Positions 51,232 through 57,508 of a DNA stretch of 64,000 nt are shown here, in pieces. The notes under the pieces are model-generated. The model was not told the origin of the DNA, searched no databases, and saw only the letters and a program-made list of their open reading frames with translations. The DNA is taken from contig CAKUAI010000006.1 in NCBI GenBank assembly GCA_934636245.1, positions 8,548 through 72,547 on the forward strand, written 5' to 3'. Both the position numbers and the translations under genes were made by a program. The stretch is from an uncultured Coriobacteriales bacterium (GTDB taxonomy: Bacteria > Actinomycetota > Coriobacteriia > Coriobacteriales > UMGS124). Every line of letters begins with the position of its first letter. Position 1 is the first letter of the stretch.

Positions 51232-52206
51232 CTACGCCCGTCCTTGCTGGCCGCCCGTGAGATAGTGTCGCTCAAGATCGGCGACTTTATCGATTAGCTT
51301 CGGAAAGCCAACCTCGACAAAAAGCGACGTGAACCCAGGACACTCAAGCTTGTATCTCGAATACAGGGAATTGATGCCTTTTATAAGGCGAATCAGCTCC
51401 AGAGGCGGGAGGAAGCGTTCGAGATGGGAAATCATCTCGATGTACCCGACGTTTTTTCGGGCTCCGACCTTTGCGCAATAAAACCTCTCGTCATGGGCGC
51501 AGATATTCCTGAACCTGACCAGTATCTCAAGGCTTATGCTCGCCTTTTTGGGAGAGAAGAAGCCGAGGTACCTGTCTCCCAGAAGCGAGTTTGAGACCGC
51601 GATCATCTTGCACACCGATGACCTGTCGCTGTCCGTCATAAGGTTGAACATGTGCTCGAGATTTCCGAACGTCATGTTGTTTGAGAGCACCCAGAGCGGT
51701 ATATGGGTGTGGTTCTTTTTGTAATGCTTGACGAATGGTGCATCCCTTTTGTTCTCTGCCACGTCGAACGCCAACATGAGCTTGCGCATCTCATCGGCGT
51801 ATTCCCGCCTATTTGATGATTTGCGGGACAGATACTCTGATTCGGCCGCATAGTTCGAAACGTCTTTGTATGCAGCATGGCCGCGATGCTTTTCCGAGAA
51901 GCAATACGAGATCGCTGTCCTCGTGCATGCCTCGGCCTTTATCAGATAGCCGAATGTTAGATTCCGCAGCTCTCTATCAAACCTGTACAGGTCGTAGATA
52001 TTGCTGAATGTGGCGCCATCGATGTATCTGTCGTCACCGGCGCTTACGGTGGCGGCCCTGTCGATAAACGGCGTTTTATATCCATTGATTATGGAGTAAT
52101 AGCCTTCGCGCATGAGTATGCGCTCTGTCTCTGAGTCAGTGTGCAGCCCCCGCCTTTTTAACAGGGCCATTTGCTCGTCGATGGTGAGGAACGGCTTGTC
52201 ATCCAT
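51232..52206 (-). CDS. Abi_2 (AbiD/AbiF-like) abortive infection protein
   Basis: KPFLTIDEQMALLKRRGL..YYSIINGY N-terminus typical of Abi_2. Visibly lower GC than the flanks. ATG 52206 follows GGAGGG. Confidence 0.85.
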   Translation of the reverse strand: MDDKPFLTIDEQMALLKRRGLHTDSETERILMREGYYSIINGYKTPFIDRAATVSAGDDRYIDGATFSNIYDLYRFDRELRNLTFGYLIKAEACTRTAISYCFSEKHRGHAAYKDVSNYAAESEYLSRKSSNRREYADEMRKLMLAFDVAENKRDAPFVKHYKKNHTHIPLWVLSNNMTFGNLEHMFNLMTDSDRSSVCKMIAVSNSLLGDRYLGFFSPKKASISLEILVRFRNICAHDERFYCAKVGARKNVGYIEMISHLERFLPPLELIRLIKGINSLYSRYKLECPGFTSLFVEVGFPKLIDKVADLERHYLTGGQQGRA

Positions 52207-52210
52207 TTTG

Positions 52211-52257
52211 CCCTCCAAAACCAAACAAGCGGCTACCCCGTAAGGCAGCCGCTTGTT
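52211..52257 (-). terminator. terminator-like hairpin inside the Abi leader
   Basis: Perfect 11-bp stem AACAAGCGGCT/AGCCGCTTGTT followed on the minus strand by TGGTTTTGG, which runs into the RBS. Confidence 0.6.
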
Positions 52258-52304
52258 GGTGGACCCGGGGCCCGTAGGCTACCCGAATCAATACCGCTGC
52301 CAGT

Positions 52305-52332
52305 AATATATCAACACGCACTTTAAAGTCAA
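52305..52332 (-). promoter_or_regulatory. sigma70-like promoter for the Abi leader
   Basis: Minus strand TTGACT, 16 nt, TATATT. Confidence 0.5.
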
Positions 52333-52390
52333 CAACTAAACCCATAGATTCATCCAACACGCCACAGCGCCTCGGCTCACCTACTGGAAT

Positions 52391-52414
52391 CATTTTCGCG
52401 AGCTCGCGAAAATG
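52391..52414. repeat. cassette-junction palindrome D
   Basis: CATTTTCGCGAG/CTCGCGAAAATG perfect palindrome, 28 nt after the stop of B. Confidence 0.85.
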
Positions 52415-52441
52415 GAAGCTTCCAGGGCTTTCGGCTCCGCG

Positions 52442-52798
52442 CTACGCCTCGCTGTCGAAGAGCGTCCGCTGCTCCTGCGTCGGCAGCTTCACGTACTCGA
52501 GCACGCGCTCTATGGCGTAGGACGTCGTGAGTCTGTTGTTCCTCCCGACGGACTGCTCGGTGCGCAGGTCGACCCGCAGCATGTCGCCGCCGCCGAGGCG
52601 GACGTCGCCGGAGGCGACCTTTGCGAGGAACTCCTCGTCCTCGATGGTGACGTGGCGGTAGACCGCGCCCGAGTCGCCGGGCGTGGTGAACGAGTAGCCG
52701 GACCTCCCGCCGTGGTACGACCCGGAGTCCGGGCACAGGTACATGCCATGCGTCCTGAAGACAATGCTCTTTGACATCTTCCTTCTCACTCTCAGCAT
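52442..52798 (-). CDS. orphan prophage cassette protein B (stand-alone shared module)
   Basis: Aligns over its whole length with the C-terminus of C. Same leader. Alternative start ATG 52777. Confidence 0.7.
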   Translation of the reverse strand: MLRVRRKMSKSIVFRTHGMYLCPDSGSYHGGRSGYSFTTPGDSGAVYRHVTIEDEEFLAKVASGDVRLGGGDMLRVDLRTEQSVGRNNRLTTSYAIERVLEYVKLPTQEQRTLFDSEA

Positions 52799-52828
52799 GC
52801 GCGCCTCCTCGGCGCGATTGTAGGGCGC
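52775..52828 (-). promoter_or_regulatory. repeated promoter/leader module, copy B
   Basis: 54 nt identical by eye to the distal part of copies A and C. Identity ends exactly at the second ATG. Confidence 0.6.
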
Positions 52829-52835
52829 ACGGGGA

Positions 52836-52861
52836 CCATTTTCGTGACCTCACGAAAATGG
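52836..52861. repeat. cassette-junction palindrome B
   Basis: CCATTTTCGTGA-CC-TCACGAAAATGG perfect palindrome, 32 nt after the stop of C. Confidence 0.85.
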
Positions 52862-52892
52862 GGGCTGCCTGGACTTTCGGCGGCGTGGCGGC

Positions 52893-53879
52893 CTATATGC
52901 CCAGGCCCTCCTGCTGGCACGGTCTGTACGGCTCGTACGAGTGCACCTTGTCGATCGTGTAGGCCCACGTCACCGCACCCATCTTGGACACCCTTTGCAC
53001 GGCCGTCATGTCGACCCTGAGCGTGTCCTTTGCGAAGAGCCTCACCTCGGCGCGCTCGAGCCTCTCACGGAACTCCTCGTCCGCTATCGCGACCTTCCTG
53101 TACGTGGTCGCGTCCGCGCCGTCGCCCGTGGTGAAGGTGTAGCCGCGCTCCGCGCCGTCGTAGGAGCCCGACGCGGGGTGGAGGATCACGCCGTGCATCT
53201 CAAAGCTCGTCTTCTCCGAGGTGACCTCGTCGAGCATGTCGGAGTTGCCAGTCGCCACCTTGCGGTAGGTCGCCAAAGGCTCCCCGTCCTCCTGCGTGAA
53301 CGTCGCCGGGTACCCCGCCGCCGGAGGTGTGTGCGGGTCGCCGACGTATATCTGGACGCTCTGGGCGTTTATGCTGCCCACGATCGGCCCCATGGCGGCC
53401 GTGGTGTACTGCTCGGCCACCTTCTGGGACTGCACGACCCTGTGCGTGTCCTCGTCGACCGTGACGGCGTCGTCGCCCGACCCATAGGTGTACGACCCGT
53501 CGCCGTTGTCGGAGAAACGGTCGACGCGGCCCCTCACCTTTCGGACGATGGCGGGCAGCGTGGCCGACCCACCGCCCAGGAAACCGAGAATCGCGAGGCC
53601 GGTGCTCAGCGCCCCACCTTCGCTGGACGAGAGGAACCCGAGCAGGCCGCTGGCGACCTCGGTGGCAAACTCGACTATGAACGACCCCTCGCGGAAGGGC
53701 CGCACCTTGATGGACACCTCGTCCTGGCACCCGAGCACCGTGACGGTCTCGCGCACGAGGCCGCTGAAGCTGGACAGCACCTTCGCCAGCTCCTGGGCAC
53801 CGACCCCGGTCTCAGGGTCGACGCCGCAAATCCTGTAGACAACCCTCTCTCGTTCCATCTTCCTTCTCACTCTCAGCAT
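52893..53879 (-). CDS. orphan prophage cassette protein C (paralog of A and B)
   Basis: MLRVRRKMERERV start shared with A. C-terminal ~105 aa align with B. Alternative start ATG 53858. No family recognised. Confidence 0.7.
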   Translation of the reverse strand: MLRVRRKMERERVVYRICGVDPETGVGAQELAKVLSSFSGLVRETVTVLGCQDEVSIKVRPFREGSFIVEFATEVASGLLGFLSSSEGGALSTGLAILGFLGGGSATLPAIVRKVRGRVDRFSDNGDGSYTYGSGDDAVTVDEDTHRVVQSQKVAEQYTTAAMGPIVGSINAQSVQIYVGDPHTPPAAGYPATFTQEDGEPLATYRKVATGNSDMLDEVTSEKTSFEMHGVILHPASGSYDGAERGYTFTTGDGADATTYRKVAIADEEFRERLERAEVRLFAKDTLRVDMTAVQRVSKMGAVTWAYTIDKVHSYEPYRPCQQEGLGI

Positions 53880-53909
53880 GCGCGCCTCCTCGGCGCGATT
53901 GTAGGGCGC
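53842..53909 (-). promoter_or_regulatory. repeated promoter/leader module, copy C
   Basis: Identical by eye to 51104..51171. Confidence 0.6.
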
Positions 53910-53912
53910 ATT

Positions 53913-53946
53913 GGAACCATTTTATTGAGGTCAACAAAATGGTTCC
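53913..53946. repeat. cassette-junction palindrome C
   Basis: GGAACCATTTT-ATTGAGGTCAAC-AAAATGGTTCC with 11-bp perfect outer arms and a partly symmetric centre. Confidence 0.85.
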
Positions 53947-53957
53947 GAACTGGGGCA

Positions 53958-54064
53958 TCACTTACGCGACGTCGCGGGACGGAACGCGATCACGTGCGTC
54001 CCCCGGGCGGTTTTCGGGAAGCGCGCACAGGCCCTTGGCCATGGTGGCGAGGGACTCCCGGCCG
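53958..54064 (-). pseudogene. remnant copy of a repressor gene 3' end (direct repeat of 54711..54816)
   Basis: Minus-strand translation GRESLATMAKGLCALPENRPGDAR.. versus GRESLAGVAKGLSALPENRPGDAR.. at the end of the intact repressor. Confidence 0.7.
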
Positions 54065-54074
54065 TCAACGCCGT

Positions 54075-54646
54075 TCAGCTCCGTTCATGCCCCGTGAGTT
54101 TCCCGAGCTGCTTCTCGAAATCGTTCTTGTACGTGGCGTCCTGGCACTTGCTGAACTCGCGGAACCTCTCGCGTGCAATCGAGTCGGCAGTCTTTTTTGT
54201 GCGGCTGCCGTGGCCCTCAAGCACGTCGCGACCGTTGAACTTCAGGAAGCCGTCGAGCAGCTCCTCGCAGTCCCTCATGCTGAGCAGCACATGCCTCTCT
54301 GCCCTGTCCTCCGCGGCGTCGAGGAACATCGTCACGAGCCGGAGTAGACGGGCGGCCGCCCACTCAATCTACTTCTTTCGGAAAAATCGAAAGAAGTGGT
54401 TGAGCTGGTCTTTTCCAGCTCGCCGCTCTTGAATATGTTGTTTAAATGCTCGGAGATCGTCGGCAGGCCGACACCAAACAGCTCGGCGATGGCCTTCTGC
54501 CTCATCCAGAACGTCTCGTCTGAGTACATGACCTCGACCGAGACGTTAGCCCCGTCGGACTGGTAGAGGACGATCCCGGTCTCGATGCCCGGCTTCGTCT
54601 TGTCCTCGCCTTCTTCGTTGTTTTCAGTCTGTCCGTTACTGTTCAT
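54075..54646 (-). pseudogene. rhuM-family gene, disrupted (frameshift and internal deletion)
   Basis: N-terminal fragment (VLYQSDGANVSVEV..FWMRQKAIAELFGV..HLNNIFKSGELE) and C-terminal fragment (AEDRAERHVLLSMRDCEELLDGFLKFNGRDVL) lie in different frames. The middle of the family is missing. Confidence 0.6.
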
Positions 54647-54714
54647 GGCTCCTCCTCGGTTGAACCTGATGGGCAATGGCCGTTTCGGAATCGCACGCCC
54701 CGACCACCCCTCAC

Positions 54715-55110
54715 CTACGCGACACCCTGGGCCTGAAGGGAAGGACGTGCGTCCCCCGGGCGGTTTTCGGGAAGGGCGCTCAGGCCCTTGGCCACGCCGG
54801 CGAGGGACTCGCGGCCCGCCTGCGTCATCGAGTCGTAGGCGTCCACGACCTGCCGCTTGAGGGGGTCGTCGGGGCGGCACGCGGCCTCGGGCGCGGCGTC
54901 GTCCCCATCGTCCCACCCGCACAGGTCGTTCGGCGTGCAGCCCAGCGCCTTCGCGCAGTCCACGGCGTCGGAGAGGGACATAGCCGTATCCTCTCTCTCC
55001 CAGCAGCCGACAATTCTTTCCGTAACACCAATCATTGAAGCCAAATCGCCCTGAGTGATCTTTTTCGCTTTTCGAATCTCTCTCAGGCGCAAGGTGTACT
55101 CCTTATCCAT
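54715..55110 (-). CDS. XRE-family (cI-like) repressor
   Basis: HTH KITQGDLASMIGVTERIVGCWE. ATG 55110 follows AGGAGG. Divergent from the cro-like gene. Confidence 0.85.
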   Translation of the reverse strand: MDKEYTLRLREIRKAKKITQGDLASMIGVTERIVGCWEREDTAMSLSDAVDCAKALGCTPNDLCGWDDGDDAAPEAACRPDDPLKRQVVDAYDSMTQAGRESLAGVAKGLSALPENRPGDARPSLQAQGVA

Positions 55111-55119
55111 GGGCTTCAC

Positions 55120-55257
55120 CTCCTATGGCGAGAAATCTACCAAAACTGTGTATTCAAATCAACAAAATTGGTAGAAAACTGTTGACACAGACAAAATCTG
55201 TCTCTATTCTGCTTTTACGACGTACAGAAACTGTCTGTTTTAATTAGGAGGGTACAG
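55120..55257. promoter_or_regulatory. divergent promoter/operator region of the immunity switch
   Basis: Rightward TTGACA (55182..55187), 17 nt, TATTCT. Leftward TTGATT, 17 nt, TAGATT. ACAG-Nx-CTGT palindromes at 55187..55201 and 55224..55234. Four AAAACTGT-like repeats. Confidence 0.6.
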
Positions 55258-55620
55258 ATGCAGTCTCTTGAAGAGATTTTCCCGAGTCGCCTGAAGGCAT
55301 ACATGGACCTCTCGGGCATGGGCGCCGAGCGCCTGGCGCGCGAGACGGGCTGCTCCGTCGACGCGATTCGCAAGTACATGAGCGGCGCGATGCTGCCGCA
55401 GTTCAAGACCGCGTTCCGCCTTGCGCAGGCCCTTGGCTGCACGCCCAACGACCTGTGCGGCATCTCCCTGGACGCGCCGTCCCGACGCGACCCGCGCACG
55501 GTCGGCGACGCTGCTCAGTCTGCCGCCGCCAATGCCGCCGCCTCCCCCTACGCCGAGTCCGACCACTACACCGTCGCCGCCAAGCACGTCGCCGTCTCCC
55601 CCTTCGCCCCGGCAGTCTAA
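55258..55620 (+). CDS. XRE-family (Cro-like) regulator
   Basis: HTH GAERLARETGCSVDAIRKYMSG. RBS AGGAGGG. Confidence 0.8.
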   Translation: MQSLEEIFPSRLKAYMDLSGMGAERLARETGCSVDAIRKYMSGAMLPQFKTAFRLAQALGCTPNDLCGISLDAPSRRDPRTVGDAAQSAAANAAASPYAESDHYTVAAKHVAVSPFAPAV

Positions 55621-55631
55621 GGAGGCACGCG

Positions 55632-56093
55632 ATGTTCAACCGACCCACTGACACGACCCCCGGCTACCTGCGCATCGGCAACGCCGAGTACCCCCTCACC
55701 AGGGACGGCATGCGCGAGGCTTTCGCCTCCCAGCTCGACGACCAAGCCCACCTGAACGAGGACGACGTGCACATGCTCGCCATGCTGGTGGGCGAGGAGC
55801 TGTGCCGCCACAACCTCAAGGACGTCGACGGCAAGACGTCGGCCTGCAGGATGTCGCTGCGCGGAGTGTACATCCCAGACACCTGCGACGAGCAAGCCAG
55901 CGCCTACGTCCGCGTCGACGGCCCCTACTTCAAGGACCGCGAGGGGATCAGCTTCGAGCCGAACGGCTTTATCGGCTTCGCGGGGTGGGCGGACTCGCGC
56001 AACGAGCGCCCGTTCCTCGTCGCCTTCGCGCGCTGGCTCGACGAGTGGCTCCTCTCGCCCGACATGCGCGACCTCGGCGGGGAGGGGGAGTAG
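55632..56093 (+). CDS. hypothetical phage early protein
   Basis: ATG follows AAGGAGG. Paralogous to the next gene. Confidence 0.65.
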   Translation: MFNRPTDTTPGYLRIGNAEYPLTRDGMREAFASQLDDQAHLNEDDVHMLAMLVGEELCRHNLKDVDGKTSACRMSLRGVYIPDTCDEQASAYVRVDGPYFKDREGISFEPNGFIGFAGWADSRNERPFLVAFARWLDEWLLSPDMRDLGGEGE

Positions 56094-56095
56094 CC

Positions 56096-56527
56096 ATGCA
56101 CACGAGGGAACTGGGTCTGACGCGCGAGGGGGTGCGGGACGGGTTCGCCCGCGCGATAGGCACGTACGACGGGCTCACCAAGAACGACGTCTGCCAGCTC
56201 GCGCACATGGTGGGCGTGGAGCTGTGCCGCCGCAACAGGCGCATCGCGGGCGGGAGGGCGAAGAGCGCGCAGATGGAGGTGGGCGCGGTCAGCGTCAGCT
56301 GCTACGAGGGCTGCGTCGAGTCCGCCCTCATCCGCGTCGACTGCTCGGACCACGTGACCCGCGAGGCGGTCGCCCTCAACCGCGACTGCTCCCTGGACAT
56401 CGCCGAGTGGGCGGGCGAGAGGGACGTGATGCCGTTCCTGCGCGCGCTCGACGCCTGGATGGACGAGGTCAAGGACGAGCTGTTCTGGCAGCGCATGCAC
56501 GCGGATGGGGGCGGTAGGGATGATTAG
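56096..56527 (+). CDS. hypothetical phage early protein (paralog of 55632..56093)
   Basis: Shared pattern: LTR(D/E)G(M/V)R(E/D)(A/G)FA, MVG(E/V)ELCR.N, FL.A...WLDE. Confidence 0.65.
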   Translation: MHTRELGLTREGVRDGFARAIGTYDGLTKNDVCQLAHMVGVELCRRNRRIAGGRAKSAQMEVGAVSVSCYEGCVESALIRVDCSDHVTREAVALNRDCSLDIAEWAGERDVMPFLRALDAWMDEVKDELFWQRMHADGGGRDD

Positions 56528-57014
56528 CGATCCTGGAAGCCCGCTCAACGAGCTGGGAGGGATGCCGAGCCCGCTCACGACGGGCGAGCGCGCCCGCATC
56601 GAGGAGCTGGGCGAACTCTCGAGGTTCCTGCGCGAGGTGGCCGCGTCGGAGGACGCCATCGACCCCGACTACCTCAGGTTCAATGCCGCCGCCCTCGACT
56701 TCAGGGCCGAGCTCATCGTCGAGGACGCGCGGAGGCTCATGCGCAAGGGGCCCGCGCAGATTGTCGACGGTACCAGGGTGCGCCTGAGCGTCTTCGGTGG
56801 TGCGCGCCTCGGGCCCATGGGCGCGGGCGAGGTCGAGGGCCCATGCCGCGCGCTGGAGGGCGCCGCCGTGGACGTCGTGCGCGCCGTCAACGACCTGCGC
56901 GGCCAGCAGGCGTTCAGGTACAGCGATGGCCTGGCGCTGCTCGCCAACCAGCTCCTCTCGGCAGCCCGTTACATGCGGAAGATGTCGGAAGAGATGGAGG
57001 CCGGCGATGAGTGA
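56520..57014 (+). CDS. hypothetical phage protein
   Basis: ORF 56505..57014. ATG 56520 overlaps the upstream stop. Confidence 0.55.
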   Translation: MISDPGSPLNELGGMPSPLTTGERARIEELGELSRFLREVAASEDAIDPDYLRFNAAALDFRAELIVEDARRLMRKGPAQIVDGTRVRLSVFGGARLGPMGAGEVEGPCRALEGAAVDVVRAVNDLRGQQAFRYSDGLALLANQLLSAARYMRKMSEEMEAGDE

Positions 57015-57348
57015 CGAGGGAGTGCCTTGCTACAGGCGCATGTCGGCGCCGTCGAGCGCCGAGGAGCTTGAGGGGGCCGCAGGGCTCTTGCGAGACGCGG
57101 CCGCGTGCATCGACAGCGCGGCCGAGCGGATGCACTGGATGGAGGCGCACCAGTTCGGCAGCGCGCTCCTGTGGTGCAAGCAGGCGCTTTCGACCGTGTC
57201 GGCGCGGCTCGGCGAGCGCGCCGAGAGGGTCAGGGACCAGGCCAGGCGCGAGGAGCGGTTCGAGCTGGGGTATGTCGACGCGCCCGACATCGACGCGGGA
57301 ATCTTCGCGCGGGCGAACCCAGGCTTTTCGGATGGGGGGCGATCTTGA
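57007..57348 (+). CDS. hypothetical phage protein
   Basis: ATGA overlap with the upstream stop. Frame of ORF 56797..57348. Confidence 0.55.
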   Translation: MSDEGVPCYRRMSAPSSAEELEGAAGLLRDAAACIDSAAERMHWMEAHQFGSALLWCKQALSTVSARLGERAERVRDQARREERFELGYVDAPDIDAGIFARANPGFSDGGRS

Positions 57349-57494
57349 TGGAGACCGCAAAGGAGCATCGCATACCGCCCGAGAGCGTGAGGGCGACAGT
57401 GATGGCAAACGCGCTGTGGCCGATTTTCATGGCGTGGCGCGAGAAAAAGTCAGGCGAGACGGCCGCAAAGCGCCAGGCGGCCGCGGCGAATTAG
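57348..57494 (+). CDS. small hypothetical phage protein
   Basis: ATG overlaps the upstream TGA. 48 codons. Confidence 0.35.
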   Translation: METAKEHRIPPESVRATVMANALWPIFMAWREKKSGETAAKRQAAAAN

Positions 57495-57508
57495 GAGAGG
57501 TGGGAGAC

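Noticed and set aside
51104-53909. The three identical repeats could be a CRISPR-like array.
   Set aside because: The copies lie 1.1-1.6 kb apart. The intervening DNA is protein-coding. The repeats contain a promoter-like box, an RBS and start codons. No cas genes are present.
51177-53946. The junction palindromes could be integron attC sites.
   Set aside because: There is no IntI-type integrase next to the array. The cassettes carry their own promoter and leader. The palindromes are short and lack the GTTRRRY-type core I would expect. The broader idea of structured cassette boundaries is kept as a finding.
54647-54922. Upstream two-thirds of ORF 54332..54922.
   Set aside because: It is an Arg/Pro/Gly-rich reading of the repressor gene in another frame. 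The rhuM-like sequence starts only at ATG 54646, which follows GAGGAGGAG.
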